Below, piece after piece: positions 11,354 to 24,304 of a DNA stretch of 64,000 nt. Numbering within the stretch: the first letter of the stretch is position 1; every line of letters starts with the position of its first letter. This DNA is from Leucoraja ocellata (lineage: Eukaryota): assembly GCA_036785375.1 (NCBI GenBank), contig JAWMAR010000051.1:1426001-1490000 (forward strand). The letters are read 5' to 3'. The translations under genes and the position numbers were made by a program. The notes below the pieces were generated by a model. The model saw nothing but the letters and a program-made list of their open reading frames with translations. It did no database searches and was not told the DNA's origin.

Positions 11354-14300
11354 ACAGATATGTAAACATAGTACTCAGAGGTTCCAATGGACTCCCTGAG
11401 CATATAAAAAATGACACTTTGCTCGTAACTGGAGCTTCACTTCAGCGAGTGTGAAATTCAAATAAAGCGTGGTTATTCATTGGTTCTGATTTCACATCTT
11501 TTTCTTCCATCTGTCTGTGAATCAGGTGCTAATCCGTGTCCTGAGTAATGTCGGAACTACTGTGACAGCGTGCACTTATAACCGTTTTGTATTGCTGCTG
11601 AAATGCCGGTATGAAATTCCGTCAATTCACCACAATAGTTTCAAAAGTTAGCAGTGGCTTCTTAATGATTTCAATAAATGTAATTATATTTTAAAACCTC
11701 TCAAAAAGAGCATGCGTATTTATATCAAAACCATACGTACCACATATAGTAACATGAATAATAATATATATATGTTCATGTGAGCTTTACAAATAATAAT
11801 TGATTGAATGGATGTAAGGAAAAACTTTAACCAAATACAATAGTTGGCACTTTCAGCAGCTTTTGACTCCCTGCAAGCCAAGTACATATAATCATACAGT
11901 TAACTATAAATATTAGTCCCTTTCATGAAATGTAATTGACTGTTACTTTTGAAGATCACCACTGGAGTTTCTCTAATAGGTAATCTCTTAACGTTATTGG
12001 AAACAAAGTGATTTTCAGGTTTATTGTGAATCTAGGAATTAAAGCCGCAAAATTAAGTCATCGTTCCCCCTGCGTCTCACTGAAATAATCGGCAATTTGA
12101 TGTTTCTCTAAATATAATGCAAAGTCGGCATCTGCCTAGATATAAAATTATGGGACTCTTATAAACTATCAATCTTGCAGACCTACCCAAATAGAAGAGA
12201 CTATTTGAATTGCTGTTTCTTGATCAAGAAACACAAAATTGCTTAAATATGTATATTGCTTGAGAGGAATGCAGGATATGCCCAGCGATGGTAAAAAAAA
12301 AAGGCTGACGCACACACGACGGACAAAAAATTGACTTGTGTGAGATACAGGAGCCTGCAAGGACTTTAGATGGAAATCTGCACTGTCAGGGTGGAACGAA
12401 AAGAACACACAATTAGAATCGTCAAGTAAGAGTATTCACATGCACAGTGAAGTTATACAATAAACAGCCTTTGTCGATAATTACAGTTATAAATACGTGG
12501 ATTGTTTCAATGCCAGGATTTCGGAATATTAGGAAAACCATTATGTCTTCATTTTTTTTGAAGAGAGGTAACTACTTTGATAAAAATGCACATCTTTCTT
12601 TGAAAGCTTTTTTTTAAACAGAAACGTTCAATGTTTTAAAAACATATATTTTGCAACTCATAAGTGAGCCTTTGCATCAATAATGTATTTGCTGGGCATT
12701 TTGACATTGTTGAAGGTCAGTAATAATAAGAAATATTGATACAATTCAAAACTTTTGAAAATGCTTATTGCTTAAGACAATTGCGTTTTGGGCTGGAGCA
12801 TGAAATTCCATGCATTCTCCCTTGAATTGAATAGACCTGTATAAATGATCGAAAGCATAAAAGGTTAAAGTTAGAGCACTGTGCAAGAAACTTTAATGGC
12901 ATTTTCTTGTAGAACACTTATTCAGTGGGTGGAGCATTGGTGACTGCATGAATGCTCTGCAGTTCGGCTGTGAGTATTGAACTGACAAGCTTTATACGGG
13001 ATTAACAGAGAAACCCTAGAATTTGAGTGTTGTTTATCATTTTAAAAGAGTCAAATGCAGTAATCTTTATTGTTGTGGGGGATTAGGGTTAATTTGGATT
13101 TGCTTGATCTTTTTCCAGAATTCTCTTATTCTTAATTCTGCAGCCACTGTAATGCCAAAACGCTTCATTGTGTGATCTTGTACATTGGCCCTTTCAGTGC
13201 ATATTGTTATGTGATGCAATCAGGCTCTGTGGTGTACAGATAAATGCCTGTTTAATATTGCAAGCCAAGTTGCAAAAATAGCTTTTAAATCAAAACTACA
13301 GTATGACTTTTCAGATTTGCTGCTAAACCTGAAACTCCTTTTTCAGGGCAGATACCTTTTCATTCTGGTCGATTGGAGCTGCTTGAGCTGTTTATACAGT
13401 GGTCTCTCTATATTTATCCCATTGTACAATGGTTGCACTCATTGAATTGAACTGGCAAGAAACAACTTACGTTGGCCAAACTTATGAAAGACAATTTAAT
13501 TGTATTACTTTAAATGAAAAATTGAACAGATTGAAAAATATTAATAATCTGAGAGGCATTATTTTGTGTTTTTTATTTCAATTGTTGCTTGTTTTCTATA
13601 TTTTCCTGAAATGTTGTATATTGATGGAGCTTCTGTGATCGTGAAAAATCATAACTCAAACAACTTAATGCTGGCAAGGTAAACAACGGTGGTTTTTCTG
13701 TGAGCTGATGTGGTCCTCTCCCCTTATCCATCTTCGTACAAAGTTTATTTTTTAATATCTTTCCCTGTAAACATTTATCTTAAAAATGATTAATTATATA
13801 AATATTAATCGCTGATCAAACAATTCTGGCTTTGAAATAACAAATTAATTCAAGTATTTAATTTTTTTACATACACTTTAGATAAGTTTAAAAAAATCGT
13901 AAATTGAATTTATACCAGGAGTCAATCGATAAATTAAAAAAAAAATAATTAAATGGTCTACATTACGGTTAAAATTTGGCCTGACTTACCATCATTTCCT
14001 CTTTGATGTGTGATCCATCAAGTTAACCATGAATGGCAAATAAAGGAATGTTTTGCTTCCAGTACATTAAGAGTTCATGTTGCACCTTTCAAACCTGTTT
14101 CACCTTTCTCAGTCATGCCCAAATCTCTATTGACAATACAAACATTGGCTGCTGTTTGGGAGCTCTTGATTATTGACCCAAAGGTTACAGGAAGGTGCCA
14201 AGGTAGTTTTAACATCTAGTGCCAAAGAAGGAGGGCATTTCTCCACACTTGAGGTCACGTCCATAAACCAGAGAGAATAGTTTAGCAACCACAGCCAACA

Positions 14301-14476
14301 AATTGGAGCCCATGAAATCTTATTGCCCACGATGTACAAGTATTTTCTAAAGAAAAAGTGTTTTTGATTGCTGAAGCCAGGTACTGGGCAATAGTTTGCA
14401 ACATATCAGTGGGCAATTAGGAAATTATGTGTACATATTTGTTTGCCTGGACATATTGTAAATCTAAGAGGCCTAA

Positions 14477-14988
14477 AGTGCCTGTCCCACTTGGGCGACC
14501 TAATCCGCGAGTTCTGGCCACTTTGCCCTCGACTCATACTCGCTACATGGTCGACACAAGGTCATAGGAGGTCTTCGTAACTCTCCTTCATGCTCGAGAG
14601 TGGTCTCCGCGTACTCAAGGCCTCAGCTAGGTTGCGGCGTTTTTTTCAATATGTTAATAAATGCCTGCGAGTTAACAAAAGGTCGCCATAGCAAAAATCA
14701 ATACTCATAGGTTTAGTCGCAGTAGGTCGGCATGTTAGTCATAGGTAATCCAGGGTAGTCGAAGGTAGTCGTAGATAGTCTTCATCATAGTTGAAGGGAG
14801 GTCAAAAGAGATCGAAGGAGGTCTTCTTCACTCTCCACTATTCGGTGTCCAATTTTCCCGAAGTTAGTCATAGCTAGTCGAAGCTGGTGTCCAACATAGT
14901 TGAAGGAGGTCTCCTACATAGTCGAAGGAGGTCTTCAACATGTCATTTTTTCAAACTCTGCTAAACTCGCCCAAGTGGGACAGCCCCT
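14477..14988. mobile_element. Non-autonomous PIF/Harbinger-type MITE (512 bp)
   Basis: TAA TSD (14474-76, 14989-91). TIRs AGTGCCTGTCCCACTTGGGCGA and TCGCCCAAGTGGGACAGCCCCT. Internal degenerate TAGTCGAAGG(AGGTC) repeats. Confidence 0.85.
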
Positions 14989-15624
14989 TAATACTGACAG
15001 AAGTTAGTCCACAAGCCTCATTCAGGAAAGGTGTTGACTTGACTTCATCACTCTTCGGTCCTCCCAGATTGGGGAAGTTAGAGTTGGAATAGAGTGTGGG
15101 AAGATTGGATAACTGTCCCTCGATCCAGCAGGAAGGGAAAAAAAACAAATTTCTAACACCTTCCTTTCATTGCATATTAGTATAAGCCGTCCCAGATAAT
15201 ATGTTTTACACCTAGTTTACACCCATATATTGAAGGCAGCCCAAACAAGTTTATGTTATCCCTAGTATCCAATGCTTTCACTTACACCAGGAGTTCCCAA
15301 CTGTAGTTGCAACATAACCAGTTAAAGAAAAAAAAATCCAAAGTTATCAAACAAGCTACCTTCCAAGGCCCACATTTAGCCTTGGATATTGGTCACACAT
15401 CCCACCCCATCCAGTGAAAGACAACACGCTGACTACTCCCAATTGCCCACTCTGTCAGATATCCCATCCCTATTCACGCTACATCAATGAAGCACATATA
15501 ATCTCAAGGCACAGGAGTGAAGACAGCACTGGCCTAATGTCTTACTGATACCCAGTGACTGAAGACCATGATGCGCTTCTCTAACTTGTGTTGCTTTCTA
15601 TGTGCAAGACTGCAGGAGTTCCCA

Positions 15625-15915
15625 TGGGGAAGAATGAGGGAGAGAGAAAAGGTGAAGAGTGAAGGCAGGGAAGCAAGGGGAGGAGGGTGAGAGAAATGTT
15701 AAAGAAGCCGATGGGGAAGGAGGGGTGGAAGGAAGAAGGAGCAGGAATAAGTGGAGATGAAGAAAGGAGGATGACAAGGAATTGTGAAGGAAGGAAAGAG
15801 TAAGGAAAGGAAGATAACTGGAGATGGACAAAGGAGAGACGGCGAGAGGGACTGGAGATGAGAGGAGGAAGAGTGAGATGAAAGGGGAAAGAGGAGATAA
15901 AGAGAAAAAGGAGTG
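15625..15915 (+). repeat. Purine-rich (GA) low-complexity tract
   Basis: About 290 bp composed mostly of G and A on the + strand. Confidence 0.85.
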
Positions 15916-16286
15916 ATTGAACAATCAGACTTTATTTGAAAATGTTCACACTTTAATAATGACAACTAATGTTTTTACATTGTTGTTTTGCTTTGGTCAG
16001 CATTGTGGTCATGTGAGAGTTTAGATATTAAAATTGGATTATAATGAAAAACACTTTGGGGAAAATCAGTTAAAGGTTTAAGCCCCAGGTCAGGAATATT
16101 TTCACATCTATGTTCTTTCCAATTGTTTTGTGCTTATTATTGAGACGAGTTATGCCAAATTTGAGATCTGGAAATATATTTTTCTCGGATTTGAATATTT
16201 CTCAGGTAAGAATTAAATGCCTGAAAAATTAAATTCCTATAATCTGTGTGCCTTAACCCTGATTTCATAAACTTCCTCTGATCAGA

Positions 16287-16560
16287 GGTGTAGTGGTACA
16301 ATTGTAGAGCTGCTGGCTCACCGCACCAGTGACCCTGGTTCGATACTGACTACATGTGCTGTCTGTGCAATGTTTGTACGTTCTCCCTGTGACCTTGTGG
16401 GTTGACTCAAGGTGTGCTGGTTTCCACCCACATCCCAAAAACGTGTAAGTTTGTAAATTTCTCATGTGTGTAGGGAGTGCTGAGAAAGTGTGAATGGGTA
16501 ATCGATGGTCAGCGTGGACTCAGTGGGCCGCAACGTCTGTTTCTATGCTGTAACTTTCAA
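16287..16560 (+). mobile_element. tRNA-derived V-SINE
   Basis: GGTTCGATAC B-box, TTTGTACGTTCTCCCTGTGACC, GGACTCAGTGGGCC tail. Confidence 0.85.
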
Positions 16561-16574
16561 TCATTAGAGACACA

Positions 16575-17015
16575 AGATACACCAACATTCCAAATGGTCA
16601 CAGGCAAGAGATTCATCAGAATGAGGAAGGATCTTTCAGTTTTTCATGGAGACTTTGAGAACATCCTCAAAGTGTTTTCTCTGTTCTCCCGGAAATCTCT
16701 TGCCATGACGGAGCATGGAGTAGAGTGCTTGTATTAGGCATGTGGATCATATGCCTATGCATTAGCATGTGTGAGGAAACAGGCCTTATTCCATTTATCT
16801 AACCTGCCAATTCATTTCGAGGATTGTACAAAAACAACACTGGCGATATCTCTCCAATTCTTTGAGGTATCCATTAGACTGTTTAAGGTTTTAGTAATTG
16901 CACACCATTTTCCTCAGTCAACTGAAGGCTCTCTGGCACATCGGTGGGACATTGATCAACTCTTAACTGAGAGGTCACTCCTGAGCTATGGAAGTTATCA
17001 TTGTTTCCCTGTGTC
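16575..17015 (-). mobile_element. Degenerate RTE-type LINE fragment
   Basis: The minus strand at about 16650-16732 reads QALYSMLRHGKRFPGEQRKHFEDVLKVS, typical of RTE-clade ORF C-termini. Confidence 0.6.
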
Positions 17016-17289
17016 CTAATTATGGACCTTCATTATTGGATGGGGCAGTTGCTCAAGCAGTAAGCTATTATACCCTTTCACCTGTTTAACTCCTTACTTT
17101 CTTTAATGCAACTGTGCGCAGGTGTCAGTTGAAATCAGGCATCACACAGCAAAAAATGTCAAGTATCAGGGGAAAATCCTCTTTTATTCTGAAAATAGTG
17201 AAAATACAAAACACACTATTCAAAGGAGTTGATGATTTTAAGGTCATAAAAGAGAAGGGAATGGAATGGAAGGAAATGATGATGGATTC

Positions 17290-17712
17290 AGAAAACAACA
17301 AACGCTCAGCAGGCCATGTAGCCTATGTGAGAAAAAACACATTTCAAATCTGGGGCTCTGCATCGGAACTGGGAAGGAGGCAAAGCATGTTAGTTTTCAC
17401 TAGCAGAGGAGGTGTGGGGGGACTGGTGAGAACAAAGGGAATATCTCTGATAGAGTGACCAATGACCTAATTTAGTTCTTATTATATCAAAGATATTCTC
17501 TTTGTTCTCGCTGCCCACCCCCTCCCACGCTGTTCCTCCAATGCTGCCGAACCCTCTCTGCCACTGAAAACAAACTTGTTTTCTCTCCCTTCCAGTCCTG
17601 ATGAAGAATCCCAAAACTGAAACGTCAGTTTCTCTTTCCACAGATGCCGCTGGACTGGCTGAGCTATTCTTTTAGCATTTTTTCTTTTTATTTCCGATAT
17701 CCAGCATCTGCA
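17290..17712. mobile_element. Old PLE-derived long fold-back element
   Basis: Imperfect inverted arms at about 17300-17453 and 17484-17665 (for example GAGAACAAAGGGAATATCT / AGATATTCTCTTTGTTCTC), each with a hammerhead remnant. Confidence 0.7.
17594..17630 (+). ncRNA. Degenerate hammerhead motif in an old PLE-derived fold-back
   Basis: CTGATGA (17598-604) ... GAAACGTC (17619-26); stem II is decayed. Confidence 0.45.
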
Positions 17713-18716
17713 TTTTCTCTTTTATTTTGAAACTGTGATAGAGGTAGGTGAGGAAGGATGGGAGTGGGGCAATGAACCAGTGGGGCAGAGTGTTTTTCTG
17801 TGCTGTACATTTTAAGTAATCGATGTGAAGTTGCATCACCATCAATAGCATTGATCCATAAATGAGTGCTCTATATTTAAAGACTCCAGCATATCCTTGG
17901 GAGAGTTATATCTGTGTTCTGTGCATTTGTATGCAGTGCATAATATAATTCCTCAAAACTGATTTTTAGATATTCACTGTAACAGCAGTGCTATTTTGTG
18001 TTGAAAGTTAAAATCTGTACTCTATTATCTTCATATCTAATTTCACACATAATTTAGATTTTCTTCAAGAATGTAAGCACAGTGGAGAATTGGTCAACTA
18101 TTATTGGCCGTTGCCACCTTACATAGATTTTGTATTGTCAGACAAGTGGGGCCTTTGAACATATAGTAATGGCCTTGTACATATAGTAATGAGTACAAGG
18201 CCATAGGAAAAAAAACATGCAGTTGTATCAGAATGAAGTAAGCTGCCATTTGAAACCACTTAAAATGTCAGTGACTACATTAAAGCTACCTAAAAATTGA
18301 TTTTTATTTTGTACCAGGTGACTTAATAAAACTTTCTTTTCTGCTTTCCTTCTTTCCGCCTCACATTACAACTGTAAAAAGATTGTCATTTAATACATCC
18401 AAAGAAGTTGAAAAGGTTAATTGATTTATTCAATAAATATATACAAGGTGATCCAAGTCGGAAACTATTGTATTTTCTTCTGTATTCCTTCCTTCCATTA
18501 ATGGGTGTTATATGTTGTCTTGTCCACGCCCACCCAATTTCACATTCTGCATATCTTTTTACTAACTTCCATCTGAGTGCAAAACATATTTTGCCTCCAA
18601 CCATTGATCACAAATTCACCACTGTTATAGAGAATCATGCCATTTATAATAAGTGAAATGTCAAAACTATATATTTAATATATCCTTTCTTCCAAATGTA
18701 AAAGCATTTTTGCTTT

Positions 18717-19045
18717 CACAAGTTCACAAGTTATATGAGTAGAATTAGGCCATTCGGCCCATCGAGTCTACTCTGTCAGTCAATCATGGCTGATCTCTGC
18801 CTCTTAATCCAATTTTGCTACTGTCTCCCCATAACCCTTGACACCCATTCCAATCAATAATTTGTTTATATCTGCCTTAAAAATCACACTGATTTGGCTT
18901 CCACAGCCCTCTGTGGCAATGAGTTCCACAGATTAACTACCCTCTGACTAAAAAAAGTTCCTCCTCACGTCCTTTCTAAAAGAGCGCCATTTAATTCTGA
19001 GGCTATGGCCTCTGGTCCTAGACTCTCCCACCAGAGGAAACTCCC
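18717..19045 (-). mobile_element. CR1-type LINE 3' fragment
   Basis: Reverse tail TTAGGCCATTCGGCCCATCGAG...ATCATGGCTGATC; GAGTTCCACAGA is the reverse of LWNS. Confidence 0.85.
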
Positions 19046-21374
19046 ACCCAGATCTCAGGATTCAACATGAGGAAATGTGCAAAATTTAAAAAAGACGGAT
19101 TGTGTGTAAATAAGCTTCCACGCATATATTCAGTGTGTAAAAAAATTAAACAGTAAATATAAAATGGCTTTCAATCCATCTCCTCCTAACTATTGATGTT
19201 CCTCAACCACTTTGTGATCAACGATGGCATATTTTTATGCATCTCTGCCTCTTCCTTAGCACTAAATCTTTGTTGTGGGCATTTTATTTCTCCTGCGTCC
19301 CAAGTCTAATCCTCCTTGTGAGTGCTATTTATCTGTGCTCGTGTCAGATGGTGATACTTTTCAAAACTCTGAAATGATTGCTGTATTTATGTGGAATTTT
19401 GCGAACAAACTCCTGTGAGAAAGTTAATCAACTGACGGATTTATTTATCAACTTATTTGCATTTGTTGTAATATGTTTCCAAAGCATAATTTGTCGTAAC
19501 ATCATTCAAACACTTCATATGTTATCGTGTGAAAAATATTAATGACAGTGCGACATAGAATGTTTCTCATTCATTTATTTTTTAAGCGAAGATCCTTTAA
19601 ATTACGACATTTTTTTTAAGAACCTTGAAAGCCACTTCCAGAATGCAGTGTAGAATTCAGTTTAAAACCCAGGGATTCTTCCAATTTTGGAATACATATT
19701 TTGTATTCTTTAGCACTTTCTCTTTTTCTCTTTAGATCTGGTAAATAGAAATTTTATTGGTGAGTAACTGTATTGTGATATTGTTTATTGTACAGTACAT
19801 GTATTTTCAATTTGAATTATAAATATATTTTGAGACTGAAAGTGCAACATAGGATGAATAAATCATTTTAAAGTGCATCCATAAATCTGGCAGTTTCAAA
19901 CTGGCGGGATAAAGCTACCCTTCATTGGGGAAAGGTGGCGAAGAGTTATAGTAATTAACCCATTACTGCTATTGCATTTGGACATTTCATCTTGAGCATC
20001 TCTTAGTGTGTCTAGTTAGTATTTAAACCGTGCCAGATGTGGTTTCATTATAGGTATTGTGACTATTGTGCAGCATACATTTTATAATAATGTGTTGGAT
20101 GGGACATGACGTTAAATTAAGTTTATAGAACACACTGAATATATAACTAAGTAAGACCAGTTGATTCTTAACAATGTAAAAAATAAGTTGTCAGAAAAGA
20201 TTGCAGAAATGTTGCCAAACAGATGCGAAAGGATTAAAGGATTAACTTCAGGGTCAGGCCTATTCACTTGCTAATATATTCATGGCGCTAATGATAGGAC
20301 AGTTCACACCTACTGTCAACTAGAAGCAGAAAACGGTTTAGCGTGTTTGTGTGCATTGAGGTTTTAAGTCACAACTAGTGTATTTTGACATTTGATGAGA
20401 CCCAGCCATAATGGAAAAAAAGAATAAGTCGTCTCAAAATACTGTCTTTTGAAAATGGGTTGACATTTGGAAATTATATACTAATCGGATTAAGAAGCAT
20501 AATAGTAGGATGAAAAATGGTTTTCAGTTTATTTCTGTAATTTCTGATTTTCAAGTTAAAATAGCACAAAAATGTGCACCATCATAGATTTCAGCCTAAA
20601 GTATTTAACAGTGAAGAGGAGACACTTAATCCCAGTGGATGGCAGTATGCTGCTTTTGTATGAAATCACTGTAACTAAAACCCTAGATTGATTTGGAACA
20701 TCTTATCTCATTTGTTATGTATATTGCAATTTCCCATCCAATATATTAACAGCAACATGGTATTTGCAGCAGACTTGGCCCTTGCGTTTCTCAAGAACAA
20801 TGGTGCATGCTAATTATCTCCTGATATTAAAGTATAACATTGTAAAGTTCCTTGTTAAAAAGTGGTGAAAACTATCAGACGTTTTGAACAATGTTATAAA
20901 TAAGTGGAAAATAAAGCGATACTTAAAGGATAACTTTTGGTGCTTTGGTATCGTGTTGCAAACACAAATAGAATGGACACACATCTGATGTCATTGTAGG
21001 TTTCATTGATGCACAAGCATTGGAGGATATGGGTCAATGGTGCTGCAGATTCACCCAGGAAATTGGACACTGCTCTTCCTTAATTTATGGAGCTACATAG
21101 ACTTTTTGTTTGGAAGACTGGTGCTCTGAAAATTGAATCGATAGTAAACCTGTTGTGGAAAAAGTATGATTTCACAAGGAAATGTAGGCGATATGCTTCC
21201 ATGGCATTGTGGTGTTGCCTTACAGTAACGAGTGGAATTGTATTTGTTGTAATTTGCTGGAGGGATGGAGGTAAATCCATATCCAGAATCTCCTTTCCGT
21301 CTTGTTTTACTCATAAGCTGAACTCTTCACAAAGGTGCTATAATCAGTAAAAGAATAACAATGTGCACCAAAAG

Positions 21375-21650
21375 CAAGAAGCAAAACACTAGAGGAATTC
21401 AACAGTTTAAGAAGTAACTGCAGATGCTGGAAAAATCGAAGGTAGATAAAAATGCTGGAGAAACTCAGCGGGTGGGGCAGCATCTATGGAGCGAAGGAAT
21501 AGGAACTCAACTGGTTAGGCAACATCTGTGAAGGAAAATGGACAGGTGGGGTTTCAGCATGGGGTAGGGTCCTGGCCTGAAACGTCACCTATCTGTTCCT
21601 CCAGCACTTTGTTTTGCGCTCAGGATTCCCGCATCTGCCGTCTCTTGTGT
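21375..21650. mobile_element. Old PLE fold-back with a younger PLE 3' fragment (21404-21500, minus strand) nested inside
   Basis: The inner piece is the reverse complement of 60230-60327 and is flanked by AGGAA(T/C)TCAAC. The outer piece carries GGGTCCTGGCCTGAAACGTCACC. Confidence 0.75.
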
Positions 21651-23081
21651 CAACAAAATGCACTTACATATATTGTAAGTTGTATTTTGTATTTGCTGTT
21701 GTGGCTTGTTCCATGCAACAAATGTGCTGAACATTACCCTAACGAAAGATTTGGAGATTGTTTCTAAGTGAATTCAGTATCATTTTCATATTTTGTAATG
21801 AGGGAAAATGTGTTTTTTTTTAAATAACGATCTCATTGGGACAGGGGAGAATGAGATACCAAGCTAATTATTTTTTCAACCAAATAGTGAATATTCAAAG
21901 TTCATTTATCCTCCCCAGGGAACCTTTTTGCCGCTACAATTAAAGTCAGTATTTTTTTTTCACATTGTATATATGTTAATTATTACATTTACAAAGTAAC
22001 GGAATTAGTTGTATATGTGCTGCCTGATGGAGCAGAGAAATAGTGGCAATGTTCCTATGAAGGCCTATACTGTTATCAAGTAACGAGAAATATCTATTTT
22101 TGTAAGCCATATCATCAAATGTAAGATGCAGACCCCTCTACAATTACTGGCTGTGACCAGGAGGACCGTGTTCATCCAGGCTCGCTGGGAGTTCTCCAAG
22201 GTAATTGAAATTCTACCTCCATAGAGTTCAGATGAGAAGTGATATGAAGATGTGGGAAAACCTGAGCTGAATTGATTTTTTTTCCCCTTAATGTTTGGAC
22301 AAAGAAATAACTTAGCTAAGTGTAGCAGAGATGATAAGCGCATTCAGTAATGGTAGATTAAGAGGCCTGCATCAGTTAACACAGACTGTATTTTATTCTC
22401 CCTCTATGTGCTGCCATGTTTAGATTGGAGATTAATTGCAATAGAATTACTGTACGTCTGTTTGTTTTTTTAACAATTGCAAATTACATTAAACAGCCAA
22501 TGTGTTTTCTAATATGATTGTTCTTACCTGATAATTGGGATGGCGCCACAAGAGATTTTGATAAGAAATTCATAAACACTCTTTTATGAAGCCCTCGTGA
22601 CTTCATTTTGTGACTATCTAGAGTGACAAATTATTTGAAGAAAGCAGACATACACACAAAACACAATGCTCTGTTTCTTTCAGCGTTATGGCTCTTTGTT
22701 TATTTTTTCAAATATTTGCCCTGTGTTATCTTGCATATGATGAGGAATATCATGAAATGCTATACAGCAGCAATGTTTCCTGGCTAATTTATTTTTTTCC
22801 TGCTCCTCCTGTAGCCTGATAGCTGTACATGGGCAAAAAGTATGAAATTGTTATCTGTTCTTGCAATTAGAGATCAGCCTTTTTCATTCCAATCCTATTT
22901 GAAGATTGATTTGATTTTCGTCCAATAACAAAAATATAACAGAACACAGCTTGGGTTTTGTGGAGATATCTGTAGCTGTGAAGTGTTAATTGCAATTTAG
23001 ATAAGGATTAGAAGGACCATATCTCAGTAGACCACATTTATTTGCAAGTGCTGTACTGTAATGCATCAAGATTTCTTGGGG

Positions 23082-23181
23082 TTGTGTGTGTGTCTGTGTG
23101 TGTGTGCCTGTGTCTGTGTTAGATGGTCTGTCTGTCTGTATGTGTGTGTCTGTGTGTGTGTCTATGTGTGCGTGTGTGTGT
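23082..23181. repeat. Degenerate (TG)n/(TGTC)n microsatellite
   Basis: Directly visible. A shorter one lies at about 30145-30206. Confidence 0.9.
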
Positions 23182-23424
23182 TTACAGAGTGCCCACATTT
23201 AGATAATGTGGATCTGGCAAGCCCTCCTGCCAGCATCACCACACTACATGCAGGGGTTTGGAGAATGGTAGAGCAGACTTCTTAAATGTGCAAAATTTCT
23301 AGTTCTAAACTAACTTCAAGTCTGCTGAATTGACCTGATTTACATGACTTTTCCCTCACTGTCCTTTCTATCTCAACTTCTTCGGCTCTGATTCATTATC
23401 TTAACTGTTGTGTTACCTGCTTTA

Positions 23425-23500
23425 TAGACAATAGACAATAGGTGCAGGAGTAGGCCATTTGGCCCTTTGAGCCATTCAATGTGATCATGGCTGATCATGG
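23425..23500 (-). mobile_element. CR1 3' tail fragment
   Basis: TAGACAATAGACAATAGGTGCAGGAGTAGGCCATT. Similar small remnants lie at about 845-897 and 42270-42350. Confidence 0.8.
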
Positions 23501-23550
23501 CGTTCTTCAACTCAGCTGGGTACTTAGTGACTGACCAGTTGTTTAAGTGA

Positions 23551-23710
23551 TGTTTAAGAAAGAACTGTAGATGCTGGAAAGATCGAAGGTGAAGTTAGAC
23601 CCAAAATGCTGAGTAACTCAGCGGGTCAGGCAGCATCCCTGGAGAAAATGGATAGGTGACGTTTTGGTTCGGGACCTTTTTGCAGACTGGTCATGACCCA
23701 AAATATTCTT
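23551..23710 (-). mobile_element. PLE-derived mini-element with 15-bp TSD
   Basis: TSD CAGTTGTTT(A/G)AGTGA (23536-50, 23711-25). Reverse complement of the PLE 3' end, with a degenerate hammerhead at about 23655-23688. Confidence 0.8.
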
Positions 23711-24304
23711 CAGTTGTTTGAGTGAGTTGGGCAGAAGGTGTATTCCACTTTCCTAGCACAGTACAGTTTTATTTACATGCAAAATGCCATGGAAATACCA
23801 GTTATTGTGTCCGATGTATGTTTTAATCTGCTATTGAATTATTATTTGAGGATTGTCCATTGCTTCTCTTGCCAGAAAATAAAAAAAATTACATATGTAC
23901 AACTAATAAAATTTACATTAATTAAATTGAACATTACAGTAATTTTTTTCCTCTGGTCCCCAAGAGATAATAATGTCTGAACTGATTTTATCCATTCGGT
24001 TAAATCTGATCTACGCTCTATTTGAGAAAGAACTTCATAATTTTAAATCCAGCCTCGTGAGCGTGCCTGTTTTAAATAGGTTGAGACCGTCGTGTGGCAC
24101 TAAACAGGGTAGAGGAGAGTGTAAACATAGGTTTCTGTGGGATTGGGGGTCACAATGAGCTTACAACGTACAGTAATTGAGGGGGGAATATCATCATGAT
24201 GGTTTTGATGGCCGCTCAGACATGAGAAGGTTGAGAACATTGGGTAAGGGGCTGGGGTAAATCCAACACTACCTCCCTGAAGATAATCACAAAGATATTA
24301 AAAG

